64,000 bases of DNA from a virus: the IMG/VR virus record IMGVR_UViG_3300034093_003283. The stretch is one strand, 5' to 3'. The position numbers were made by a program, and so were the translations under genes. Positions 32,486-41,936 of this stretch are shown here, one piece after another. The notes beneath the pieces were generated by a model. That model was not told where the DNA came from. It did not search any database and saw nothing but the letters and a program-made list of their open reading frames with translations. Position 1 is the first letter of the stretch; each line of letters starts with the position of its first letter.

Positions 32486-34171
32486 ATGGCATTTCAAATC
32501 TCTCCAGGCGTAAATGTATCTGAGATCGACCTAACTACAGTCGTTCCATCAGTACAAACTACGACCGGTGCATTTGCTGGAACATTTCAATGGGGTCCAG
32601 CAAATAAAATCAAATTGATTGGTGACGAAATAACACTAGCTAGCACATTCGGTAAACCAGACTCAACTACATCAACATCGTTTTTTACTTGTTCCAATTT
32701 CTTGGCTTACGGCAACAGTTTAAATGTTGTCAGAGCTGTTGGTGATGCATCGTATAACGCATCAAGCGCTTCAGCTATATTAATAAAAAATGAAGATATT
32801 TATGAAATTACATATTTGTTGTCAGGTAACTCCAATACATACGGATCTTTCGTTGCAAGATATCCAGGTGCACTAGGTAATTCTTTGAAAGTTTCTGTTT
32901 GTGCTAAAGCAAGTCTTTTCTCAGGTTGGACATATGCTTCATATTTTACATCTGCACCAGGCACATCAGAATATGCAACGTCTGTAGGTGGTTCTCTTGA
33001 TGAAATGCACATTGTTGTTATTGATGAAGATGGCTTTTTCACTGGTGTTAAAGGAACAGTTTTGGAAACATATGGTTTCCTTTCAGCCGCATCTGACGCA
33101 GTAATTAATGGTGTTTCAAATTACTACAAACAAGTTATTTTTAATAACTCAAAATATGTTTATGCAATGGATCCAGTTTCTTATTCTGATACAAATAGTA
33201 CATGGGGCACAAGTGCAATCAATACTGTTTTTGTACAACCAACAGTAATTGCAAATATAAGTTTAAGTTCTGGTGTTACCAACGCACCATCAGATGGTAA
33301 TATATCAAGTGCATATGACTTATTTGTTAACAAAGAAGCTGTTGACATTTCATTAGTATTGACTGGTGCTCATAGTGTTACAGTTCAACAATATGTAATC
33401 GACAATGTTGCCATCACTAGAGCAGATTGTGTGGCGTTTGTTTCTCCAAGATACTCAGACGTTGTTAACCAAGCTGGAAGTGAATCTACTAATATCACAA
33501 ACTGGTTAGGTTCATTATCAAGAGCATCTTCATATGTTGTTGCAGATTCTGGATGGAAGTATCAACTAGACAAATACAACAACGTTTATCGTTGGATGCC
33601 ATTGAATGCTGACATTGCAGGTTTGTGTGTTAACACAGATACAGTAAGAGATCCATGGTTCTCACCTGCTGGTCTGAATCGTGGTGCGATCAAGAACTGT
33701 GTTAAATTGGCATGGAATCCAACCAAAACATTCCGTGATGCGTTGTATAAACAAGGTGTAAACCCTGTTGTTTCATTTCCAGGCCAAGGCACATTGTTGT
33801 TTGGTGATAAAACATTGTTGGCCAAACCATCTGCATTTGACAGAATCAATGTCCGTAGATTGTTTATTGTCTTGGAAAAAGCAATTGCACAAGCCGCAAA
33901 ATATTCATTGTTTGAATTGAACGATGAGTTTACCCGTGCTCAGTTTGTTGCTTTAGTAGTTCCGTTCTTGCGTGACATTCAAGGTCGCCGTGGTATTACT
34001 GATTTCAAAGTTGTTTGTGATTCAACAAACAATACAGCACAAGTAATTGACAGCAATCAATTTGTTGGTGATATCTACATCAAACCTGCTCGTTCAATTA
34101 ACTACATTCAGTTGAACTTTGTTGCTGTTGGAACTGGTGTTGACTTCACTACAGTTGTTGGCGCAGCCTAA
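32486..34171 (+). CDS. gp18: Tail sheath protein gp18
   Basis: 'SPGV...EIDLT', 'PWFSPAG.NRG', 'FDRINVRRLF', 'IKPARSIN.I.LNFVA'. Confidence 0.97.
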   Translation: MAFQISPGVNVSEIDLTTVVPSVQTTTGAFAGTFQWGPANKIKLIGDEITLASTFGKPDSTTSTSFFTCSNFLAYGNSLNVVRAVGDASYNASSASAILIKNEDIYEITYLLSGNSNTYGSFVARYPGALGNSLKVSVCAKASLFSGWTYASYFTSAPGTSEYATSVGGSLDEMHIVVIDEDGFFTGVKGTVLETYGFLSAASDAVINGVSNYYKQVIFNNSKYVYAMDPVSYSDTNSTWGTSAINTVFVQPTVIANISLSSGVTNAPSDGNISSAYDLFVNKEAVDISLVLTGAHSVTVQQYVIDNVAITRADCVAFVSPRYSDVVNQAGSESTNITNWLGSLSRASSYVVADSGWKYQLDKYNNVYRWMPLNADIAGLCVNTDTVRDPWFSPAGLNRGAIKNCVKLAWNPTKTFRDALYKQGVNPVVSFPGQGTLLFGDKTLLAKPSAFDRINVRRLFIVLEKAIAQAAKYSLFELNDEFTRAQFVALVVPFLRDIQGRRGITDFKVVCDSTNNTAQVIDSNQFVGDIYIKPARSINYIQLNFVAVGTGVDFTTVVGAA

Positions 34172-34198
34172 TAAATAAAACGACAATAGGAGAATACA

Positions 34199-34741
34199 AT
34201 GGCATTCAACGTAGCAGAATTTAGAGCGAATATGATTGGTGACGGAGCCCGTCCTAATCTGTTCTCAGTCTCTTTAGTTTTTCCAACACTAGCCGTAAAC
34301 GGCGCACTAGCTGGTCAGAAAGTTAATTTCATGGCCAAAGCTGCACAACTACCAGGTTCAACAATTGGTACTGTACCAGTTTTTTACTTTGGTCGTGAGA
34401 TGAAGTTTCCTGGTAACAGAACTTTTGCCGACTGGACATTGACAATCATCAACGATGAAGATTTCGCAATACGAAATTCTTTAGAATCTTGGATGAATGC
34501 AATCAACAGCCATGCAACTAATGTCCGTTCTGGTGCTGCAATTGGTTCAACAGGTTACTCTGTAGATGCAAGTGTGACACAATACGGCAAGACAGGAAAT
34601 GAGCTTAAGAAATACAACTTTGTTGGTATGTTCCCACTAGACTTGGCACCAATTGATTTGGATTGGGGTTCAAATGATGCAATTGAAGAATACACTTGTA
34701 CGTTTGCTTACCAATTCTGGGAAACAAATACAACAACTTGA
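34199..34741 (+). CDS. gp19: Tail tube protein gp19
   Basis: 'GARPNLF.V', 'G.RTF.DWT.TIINDEDF.IR...E.W'. Confidence 0.95.
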   Translation: MAFNVAEFRANMIGDGARPNLFSVSLVFPTLAVNGALAGQKVNFMAKAAQLPGSTIGTVPVFYFGREMKFPGNRTFADWTLTIINDEDFAIRNSLESWMNAINSHATNVRSGAAIGSTGYSVDASVTQYGKTGNELKKYNFVGMFPLDLAPIDLDWGSNDAIEEYTCTFAYQFWETNTTT

Positions 34742-34748
34742 TATATGC

Positions 34749-34777
34749 GGAGGGCCTTGGGCCCTCCATGTTTTTTT
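34749..34777 (+). terminator. Intrinsic terminator after gp19
   Basis: GGAGGGC-CTTGG-GCCCTCC stem followed by a T7 run. Confidence 0.75.
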
Positions 34778-34800
34778 GATTTTATAATTACACACAAAAT

Positions 34801-36531
34801 ATGGCAAATACAAACAAGTTCTCACTGTTCGGTTTTACAATTTCTCGTCAACAAGATGAGGATGATAAAGTCGTTCAACAATCTTTTGCGCCACCAACTT
34901 CGGATGACGGCGCATTAACTATTACATCTGCCGCTTACTACGGTACATATGTTGACTTAGATGGCACCGCAAAGAATGAGGTAGAACTTATTTCTCGTTA
35001 CCGTGAAATGGCAATGCAACCAGAAATTGAATCTGCGATAGATGACATAGTTAATGAAGCTATTGTACAAAATGATGATGGCAAAATTACTGAAATTGTT
35101 TTAGATGATTTAAAACAACCAGATAAAATTAAGAAGGCCATTAAAGAAGAATTCAATACCATTCTTCGTTTGTTTAATTATCAAAATATGGCACAAGATA
35201 TTTTCCGCCGTTATTATGTTGACGGCAGAATGTATTATCACCTTATTATTGATCGTGAGAACCCACAAGAAGGTATTAAAGAGTTAAGATATATTGATCC
35301 ACGTAGATTGCGTAAAGTGCGTGAGATTAAGAAACAAAAAGATGAACGCACAGGTGTGGAGATTATGAACCCTGTAAATGAGTACTACATCTACAATGAC
35401 AAGGTAGTCTCAGGATCAGCCTCAAACTTTGGACCAGTCGGTACACGCATCACAACAGATTCGATCATCTCGGTGGTTTCTGGCCTTATGGATTCACGTA
35501 GGGCAGTTGTGTTGTCATATCTACACAAGGCAATCAAGCCATTGAATCAATTAAGGATGATTGAAGATGCAACAGTTATCTATAGGATTTCACGTGCTCC
35601 TGAACGCCGTATCTTTTATATTGACGTTGGCAATCTTCCTAAGTTAAAAGCGGAACAATACCTCCGTGACATTATGGTCAAGTATAAGAACAAACTTGTC
35701 TATGATGCAAACACAGGTGAAGTCCGTGATGACCGCAAGTTTATGTCCATGATGGAAGACTTTTGGTTACCACGTAGAGAAGGTGGCAAAGGTACAGAGA
35801 TTACTACACTACCAGGTGGACAAAACCTAGGTGAGTTGGAAGATGTTAAGTACTTTCAAAAGAAATTATACGGTGCATTGTGTGTACCAGTTTCTAGATT
35901 AGAACCGAATCAAAGTTTTTCTCTTGGTCGTACCTCAGAGATTACTAGAGATGAATTGAAGTTCTCCAAATTTGTTGATAGACTACGTAACAAATTTTCG
36001 GATGTTTTTGACCAGGCTCTTCGTGTACAGTGTGTACTTAAAGGCATATGTACCAATGAAGAATGGAACTTGTTTAAAGAACACATTCACTATGATTTTA
36101 TCAGAGATAATAATTTCTCCGAATTAAAAGAATCGGAATTAATTAATCAAAGATTGTCTTTGTTGGGTGCAGTCGATCCTTATACGGGCCGGTATTTTTC
36201 ACAAAAGTGGATACAACAAAATGTGTTGCGTTTATCGGATGATGAGATTGAAGAAATGCAGGAACAAATTGACAAAGAAAAAGAAATGGGTCTTGGTTTG
36301 CCAGTTGCAGTAACTAACGATGTTGCACAACAACAAATGATGGGTCAGGTTCAAACTGACCAAATGGTACAACAGGCAAAGTTGATGCCCGATCAAGGTC
36401 AAGCTGATGGAGGTTCTGGTGGTTCTACATCAGCCAGCCCAAAAGCAAAGAGTTCTAGTGGTTCGAAGCCAGTTAAAGGTGATTTGAGTTTAGAAGATAC
36501 TACCTTCACTAGATTAAAACGCATATTATAA
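34801..36531 (+). CDS. gp20: Portal protein gp20
   Basis: 'IYRISRAPERRIFYIDVGNLPK.KAEQYL' and 'EDFWLPRREGGKGTEITTLPGGQNLGE'. Confidence 0.98.
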   Translation: MANTNKFSLFGFTISRQQDEDDKVVQQSFAPPTSDDGALTITSAAYYGTYVDLDGTAKNEVELISRYREMAMQPEIESAIDDIVNEAIVQNDDGKITEIVLDDLKQPDKIKKAIKEEFNTILRLFNYQNMAQDIFRRYYVDGRMYYHLIIDRENPQEGIKELRYIDPRRLRKVREIKKQKDERTGVEIMNPVNEYYIYNDKVVSGSASNFGPVGTRITTDSIISVVSGLMDSRRAVVLSYLHKAIKPLNQLRMIEDATVIYRISRAPERRIFYIDVGNLPKLKAEQYLRDIMVKYKNKLVYDANTGEVRDDRKFMSMMEDFWLPRREGGKGTEITTLPGGQNLGELEDVKYFQKKLYGALCVPVSRLEPNQSFSLGRTSEITRDELKFSKFVDRLRNKFSDVFDQALRVQCVLKGICTNEEWNLFKEHIHYDFIRDNNFSELKESELINQRLSLLGAVDPYTGRYFSQKWIQQNVLRLSDDEIEEMQEQIDKEKEMGLGLPVAVTNDVAQQQMMGQVQTDQMVQQAKLMPDQGQADGGSGGSTSASPKAKSSSGSKPVKGDLSLEDTTFTRLKRIL

Positions 36532-36544
36532 TTAGGAGATAAAC

Positions 36545-36736
36545 ATGGCAACAGCAAGAGAAATAGTAGACTATGCAGAACAAGATAACGCAAAAGAAAT
36601 GCGGGATGCTTTGTATTCTGCATTGCAAGACAAGGTAATGGCGCACATTGAAGCACACAAACAAGTGGTTGCACAGAACATAATGAACCCACCAGAAGCA
36701 GCTGTTGAAGATGAAGCGATTCAAGCATCAGCTTAA
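36545..36736 (+). CDS. Small prohead core protein (gp67-like, by position)
   Basis: 63 aa, acidic; SD AGGAG; directly after the portal gene. Confidence 0.5.
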   Translation: MATAREIVDYAEQDNAKEMRDALYSALQDKVMAHIEAHKQVVAQNIMNPPEAAVEDEAIQASA

Positions 36737-36750
36737 TTTTGTCATATTGG

Positions 36751-36758
36751 TATAAATA
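36751..36758 (+). promoter_or_regulatory. T4 late promoter TATAAATA
   Basis: Exact gp55 consensus; intergenic. Confidence 0.7.
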
Positions 36759-36785
36759 TTATTCAAACAATAACAGGGATTTCAA

Positions 36786-37307
36786 ATGGCAAATGCATTT
36801 TCATATCAAGTCATTAAAGACACAACAGAACATGCCGTTATTAAGTTAACAGGCAAGTTTGATGGTACAGGACAAGAAGATAATCACTTTAGAATTACAG
36901 CTAATACGTTGTCGGGTGCATTAGATAGTTCCAAAGCAAATTTACTTTCATCAACCGCAAACACAGGACCATTGGCATTTTATGGTTTGTCATTAAATCG
37001 TATGTGGTATGATTGTTCAACTGATGGTGATGTACAATTATTCTGGCACGCCGATACAGCTGTAACATTAATGATATTGAACGGTAACGGTGAATATGAC
37101 GGTGCCGGCAACTGGACAACAATTCCAAACAATGCAAAAGGTACCGCTGGTTGCAAAGGCGACATTGGTATACAAACCCGTGGTATGGTTGCAAACAGTT
37201 CTTATACAATTGTACTAGAATTACGTAAAGACAATGAACACTACCAACGTGGACAGTTCAACGATCCTGCTGCCTTCAATTATGGTAGTTACGGAATAAG
37301 ACCATAA
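36786..37307 (+). CDS. Hypothetical protein in the head gene cluster
   Basis: Clean ORF between the gp67-like gene and gp21, behind a late promoter; no motif recognised. Confidence 0.55.
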   Translation: MANAFSYQVIKDTTEHAVIKLTGKFDGTGQEDNHFRITANTLSGALDSSKANLLSSTANTGPLAFYGLSLNRMWYDCSTDGDVQLFWHADTAVTLMILNGNGEYDGAGNWTTIPNNAKGTAGCKGDIGIQTRGMVANSSYTIVLELRKDNEHYQRGQFNDPAAFNYGSYGIRP

Positions 37308-37315
37308 GGACCAAC

Positions 37316-37960
37316 ATGAAACTCATTAAAGAAATTACCGAATCAGTAAACTATTTGGTGGAAGAAAATGATGGAAAGAAAACTCTTTTCATTGAAGGTC
37401 CATTTTTAGTTTCTGAGAAGGTTAACAAAAACGGCCGCATGTATAAAGAAGAAACCATGCGTAAAGAAGTTGGTCGTTATGTAACCGAGTATGTTGATAA
37501 AAATCGTGCCTTTGGTGAACTGGGACATCCAGACACCCCATCTATCAATCTGGATCGTGTGTCTCACATTATTGTGGGATTACGTCAAGAAGGAACTGCT
37601 TGGATAGGCAAAGCTAAAATTCTTGAAACACCAATGGGTAACATTGCAAGAAGTCTTATCGAAGGTGGCGCACAACTAGGTGTGTCTTCCCGTGGTATGG
37701 GTTCTCTCAAAGCTATCAACGGCGTTAACATAGTTCAAGATGACTTTCATCTGGCCACAGCGGCAGATATTGTAGCAGACCCTTCTGCGCCTGGTGCTTT
37801 TGTACAAGGTATTATGGAAGGTAAAGAGTGGATGATGGTAAACGGATCATGGACTGAGGTTCAGTACGAAGAAGCTAAGAGAGAAATCAAACAAGCTTCT
37901 AGTAAAGACATTGAACGTGTAAGTTTAAAAATATTCGAAAACTTCATCAAAAAACTTTAA
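37316..37960 (+). CDS. gp21: Prohead protease gp21
   Basis: 'N.NGR.Y', 'A.GELGHP', 'LGVSSRGMGSL', 'DIVADPSAP.A'. Confidence 0.96.
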   Translation: MKLIKEITESVNYLVEENDGKKTLFIEGPFLVSEKVNKNGRMYKEETMRKEVGRYVTEYVDKNRAFGELGHPDTPSINLDRVSHIIVGLRQEGTAWIGKAKILETPMGNIARSLIEGGAQLGVSSRGMGSLKAINGVNIVQDDFHLATAADIVADPSAPGAFVQGIMEGKEWMMVNGSWTEVQYEEAKREIKQASSKDIERVSLKIFENFIKKL

Positions 37961-37961
37961 T

Positions 37962-37969
37962 TATAAATA
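37962..37969 (+). promoter_or_regulatory. T4 late promoter TATAAATA
   Basis: Exact consensus upstream of gp22. Confidence 0.7.
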
Positions 37970-37998
37970 TCCAATATAAAATCAAGGAGATTCTCAAA

Positions 37999-39246
37999 AT
38001 GGGAAAATTTAATCTGACAGACGCCGCTAAATCAATTCTTACAGAAGGCGCAAAGGAAAACTTTGAAGCTTCTGTAGCTCGTGGCCACAAAGAAGGTTCA
38101 TCTAAACTACCTACATCTGTTGCTTATGGCATGAAAGATGCTGGCGAAGTTGCTGGTGAAATCAAGAAACAAGATGACGAAACTGGTGATTACACCAAAG
38201 GTGTTCCAACAGCTACACCTCCTGGCGCAACACCACCTGTCGGTTCACAACCTGGCAGCAAACTATCTGGTCCTGCCGATTCACAAGGTGCTGAACACAA
38301 AGCTGTTCAAGCAGCTGCAACAGACTATTCTGCCATTCGTGACAGAATTAAAGCTAAACTTGCACCACAAATGATGCAAGCAAATCCAGGTGCAACATTC
38401 CAATCTTATGCTGAAGAAACAGAAGAAGAAGTTGTTGCTGAAGAAAGCCACGAAGATGCTGGTGAGGACAAAGCAATGATTAAGAAAATGATGAAGAAAC
38501 AAAAAATGAAAGAACAGATGGACCAAGATGTTGGTGCATTACTTTCTGGTGAAGAATTGTCCGAAGAATTCAAAACAAAAGCAACCACAATTTTTGAAGC
38601 AGCCGTTATTGCTCGTTCACAAGCCATTTTGGAAGAAGTTGAAGAAGCAATGTACGAAGAATTCGAAGCTTCAGTTGAAGAGGTTAAGGAAGAATTGTCT
38701 AAGAAATTGGATGACTACATTAACTACATGTCAGAAGAATGGTTCAAAGAAAACCAATTGGCAATCGAAAAAGGACTACGTGCCGAAATCGTTGAAGATT
38801 TCATCCGTGGTATGAAAACTTTGTTCGAAGACCACTACATTGACATTCCAGAAGAAAAAGTAAACGTTGTCGAAGAATTGACAGACAAGGTTGAAGAATT
38901 GGAAGACTCATTAAACGAACAGATTCAGACTGCCGTTCAAATGAAGAAACAAATTAACGAATACAAAAAAACAGAGGCTATACATGCAGTATGTGAAGGC
39001 CTAACGCAGACTCAAGTGGAGAAATTGAAATCACTCGCAGAGAGTGTTGATTTTACCACAGAAGAGGAATTTGGTCGTAAATTGGAAACATTGGTAGATT
39101 CATACTTCCAGTCTCCAATTAAAGCGATTGAAAGTTCTGTATTGCACGAAGCAGTGGAAGTTGAGGAAGACAAGAAGCCATCGGCATCTGTTGATCCTGA
39201 AATTGCACAGTACGCACAAACAATCTCTAAATCATTGGTTAAATAA
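37999..39246 (+). CDS. gp22: Prohead scaffold protein gp22
   Basis: Acidic coiled coil with 'LSEEFK.KA.TIFEAAV' and 'W..EN.LAIE.G'; between gp21 and gp23. Confidence 0.92.
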   Translation: MGKFNLTDAAKSILTEGAKENFEASVARGHKEGSSKLPTSVAYGMKDAGEVAGEIKKQDDETGDYTKGVPTATPPGATPPVGSQPGSKLSGPADSQGAEHKAVQAAATDYSAIRDRIKAKLAPQMMQANPGATFQSYAEETEEEVVAEESHEDAGEDKAMIKKMMKKQKMKEQMDQDVGALLSGEELSEEFKTKATTIFEAAVIARSQAILEEVEEAMYEEFEASVEEVKEELSKKLDDYINYMSEEWFKENQLAIEKGLRAEIVEDFIRGMKTLFEDHYIDIPEEKVNVVEELTDKVEELEDSLNEQIQTAVQMKKQINEYKKTEAIHAVCEGLTQTQVEKLKSLAESVDFTTEEEFGRKLETLVDSYFQSPIKAIESSVLHEAVEVEEDKKPSASVDPEIAQYAQTISKSLVK

Positions 39247-39288
39247 ATAAACTTTACCAATAAAAGATACTCATAAGGAGAACACTAA

Positions 39289-40626
39289 ATGTATCTAACC
39301 GAAGAACTACAAAAAAAATGGGCACCTGTGCTTGAGCACGAAGGTCTAGAGTCCATCAAAGACCCATACAAGAAAGCTGTTACAGCGCTTGTTTTGGAAA
39401 ACCAACAACGTGAGATGGCTTCTGCTCAATCTCAGTTGAATGAGACCACATATTCTGCAGCTCCAACAAACGCTACAGGTTCTGGCATTTCTAACTACGA
39501 TCCAATCTTGATTAGTTTGGTTCGCCGTGCATTGCCTAACTTGATTGCATATGATGTTGCAGGCGTTCAGCCAATGACAGGCCCAACCGGCTTGATCTTT
39601 GCAATGCGTGCTCGTTATAACAACCAAAGCGGTGCAACTGGTAACGCTAATGAAGCATTCTTCAATGAAGCAAATACCATATTCACTGGTAATAGTTCCG
39701 ATGCAAACCCATACGGTTTCAAAGGTAACGTTACAACTGACTCAGCAAGCGGATTTGGTTTTGCAAATACTTCAACTGGTATTGGCATGCCAACAACTAA
39801 AGCTGAAAGCCTTGGTGCTGATGATTCAACAGGTGTATTCAATCAAATGGCATTCACCATTGAGAAAGTTACTGTAACTGCTCAAAGCCGTGCGTTGAAA
39901 GCTGAATACTCACTAGAACTTGCACAAGACTTGAAAGCAATCCATGGTTTGGATGCTGAAACAGAATTGAGCAACATTCTTTCTACTGAGATTCTTGCTG
40001 AAATCAACCGTGAAGTTATCCGTACAATCTATACATGCGCTGTTGCAGGTGCTCAGTATGGTACTACAACTGCTGGTTCTTTCGACTTGGACACAGACTC
40101 TAACGGTCGTTGGTCAGTTGAACGTTTCAAAGGTTTGATTTTCCAAATTGAACGTGATGCTAACGTAATTGCTAAGCAAACTCGTCGTGGCAAAGGTAAC
40201 GTGATGATTGTATCGTCTGACGTTGCTTCCGCAATGGCAATGGCTGGTGTGTTGCAATACACTCCTAACCTATCTGCTGACCTACAAGTTGATGACACAG
40301 GCAATACATTTGCTGGTTTGTTGCACGGTCGTATCAAAGTTTACATTGATCCATATTTTGGTGGTTACACAAGCAACCAAGAATTGGTTACAGTTGGTTA
40401 CAAAGGTACTTCACCTTATGATGCTGGATTGTTCTATTGCCCATACGTTCCTTTGCAAATGGTTCGTGCAATTGACCAGTTCACATTCCAACCAAAAATT
40501 GGATTCAAAACACGTTACGGCATGGTTGCAAACCCATTCGCAACTGGTTTGACAACTGGCAGCGGTGCATTAGACAGACGTAGCAACGTTTACTATCGTA
40601 TCTTCACAGTTAAAAACTTGATGTAA
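39289..40626 (+). CDS. gp23: Major capsid protein gp23
   Basis: 'GVQPMTGPTGLIFAMR', 'SRALKAEYS.ELAQDLKAIHGLDAE.EL', 'FQPKIGFKTRYG'. Confidence 0.98.
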   Translation: MYLTEELQKKWAPVLEHEGLESIKDPYKKAVTALVLENQQREMASAQSQLNETTYSAAPTNATGSGISNYDPILISLVRRALPNLIAYDVAGVQPMTGPTGLIFAMRARYNNQSGATGNANEAFFNEANTIFTGNSSDANPYGFKGNVTTDSASGFGFANTSTGIGMPTTKAESLGADDSTGVFNQMAFTIEKVTVTAQSRALKAEYSLELAQDLKAIHGLDAETELSNILSTEILAEINREVIRTIYTCAVAGAQYGTTTAGSFDLDTDSNGRWSVERFKGLIFQIERDANVIAKQTRRGKGNVMIVSSDVASAMAMAGVLQYTPNLSADLQVDDTGNTFAGLLHGRIKVYIDPYFGGYTSNQELVTVGYKGTSPYDAGLFYCPYVPLQMVRAIDQFTFQPKIGFKTRYGMVANPFATGLTTGSGALDRRSNVYYRIFTVKNLM

Positions 40627-40673
40627 TCCCAGGGTACCAGGGATGGGAAGAGTCACCACTAAGAGTGACATTT

Positions 40674-40703
40674 AAAGACCACCTTCGGGTGGTCTTTTTT
40701 TTT
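40674..40703 (+). terminator. Intrinsic terminator after gp23
   Basis: AAAGACCACC-TTCG-GGTGGTCTTT (cUUCGg loop) plus a T run. Confidence 0.9.
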
Positions 40704-40732
40704 GGCTCCTAAATACTGATAGAGGAGATAAC

Positions 40733-41245
40733 ATGACTGCAATAACTAGATCACCAGAAAATACCAATTTACTTCAACCCACAAAATTTTTATTGTCATT
40801 CGATAGAATTAGGGCCACACAGTATTTTTGTCAGTCGGTTAATCTACCGGGCGTTTCTTTGGGTGAGGTTAATAGAGCCACTCCATTCTTAGACATGTAT
40901 TCACCTGGTACCAAACTAACGTATTCTCCACTTGATGTTGAATTTTTGGTTGATGAAGAATTACAATCATGGAAAAACATATATGATTGGTTCACCTCAA
41001 TTGCTGATCCAGATGGTTTTGAAAAACGCAACGGTAGTAAAGAACTACAAAACAACAAACATTTTTCAGACGCAACATTAACTATTCTAAGTGGATTAAA
41101 CAATCCAATTCTAAGAATACAATATACAAATTTATTCCCGTTGAGTATAAATGATATTCAATTTGATACTACACAATCCGCAGACACCATTATAACCGCA
41201 AGCGCAACATTCAGGTATCAATCATACAAATACTTGACAGTTTAA
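40733..41245 (+). CDS. gp3: Tail completion / tube terminator gp3
   Basis: 'N.LQPT.F', 'FCQ.VNLPG', 'F.VDE.L..W..I..W', 'SDATLTIL'. Confidence 0.88.
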   Translation: MTAITRSPENTNLLQPTKFLLSFDRIRATQYFCQSVNLPGVSLGEVNRATPFLDMYSPGTKLTYSPLDVEFLVDEELQSWKNIYDWFTSIADPDGFEKRNGSKELQNNKHFSDATLTILSGLNNPILRIQYTNLFPLSINDIQFDTTQSADTIITASATFRYQSYKYLTV

Positions 41246-41262
41246 TACTTTTGTGATATAAT
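41234..41262 (+). promoter_or_regulatory. Sigma70-type promoter upstream of uvsY (a late-type TATAAATA also lies at 41280-41287)
   Basis: TTGACA-17 nt-TATAAT with TG extension. Confidence 0.8.
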
Positions 41263-41290
41263 GTTTTGATTATGGCAATTATAAATAACT

Positions 41291-41725
41291 ATGGAAACAC
41301 TTGAAATAATATTAAAAATGTGGGAATCGGATGCAGTCATCGACCAAACCGAACCCAGCAAAGAACTATTAAAGATACCTGTATATCACAGTAAATATCT
41401 TGGCATTCTGACCAAACATAAAATCGCATCAAAGAAAGCTCATTTTGATTACCTACGTATGCGTAAGGTAAAGTGGGAATACTTTACTGGCAAAATGTCA
41501 CAAGATGAATTGACTGAATATGGTTGGGAACCTTTTCAGTTTGCATTGAAGTCTGACATTAATACTTACTTGGAAGCAGACAAAGACCTTATCAAATTAT
41601 TGGAGAAAAAGGTCTACCATGAGGAAGTCGTTTCAGTTATTGAATCTATTATGGCCGAATTGAAACAAAGAACATGGCAACTGCGAGACTTTATATCATG
41701 GGAGAAATTCGTTGGTGGACAGTAA
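41291..41725 (+). CDS. uvsY: Recombination mediator UvsY
   Basis: 'W..D..ID', 'IP..HSKYL', 'YL.AD..L'; between gp3 and uvsW. Confidence 0.88.
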   Translation: METLEIILKMWESDAVIDQTEPSKELLKIPVYHSKYLGILTKHKIASKKAHFDYLRMRKVKWEYFTGKMSQDELTEYGWEPFQFALKSDINTYLEADKDLIKLLEKKVYHEEVVSVIESIMAELKQRTWQLRDFISWEKFVGGQ

Positions 41726-41936
41726 AACGTTAAAAAATAGAGAACGTAAAGCTCGTAGAAATCATAGAGACAGACAAAATACCAGAATGAATTTTGGTAA
41801 ATATAAAGGTTTCTATTTCAAAGATGTTCCCACCGATTATTTGGAATGGGCAGCCAAACATTGGGTTGAACCACAATATAGACCCATATTAATATTAGTA
41901 GTTGAAGAAATTGAATACAGACATTTTAATAACTAA
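41712..41936 (+). CDS. Small protein with MxFGKYKG motif (DUF3820 / exonuclease X C-terminal-like)
   Basis: 'MNFGKYKG....DVP.DYL.W'; overlaps both uvsY and uvsW; true start may be GTG at 41715. Confidence 0.6.
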   Translation: MVDSKTLKNRERKARRNHRDRQNTRMNFGKYKGFYFKDVPTDYLEWAAKHWVEPQYRPILILVVEEIEYRHFNN

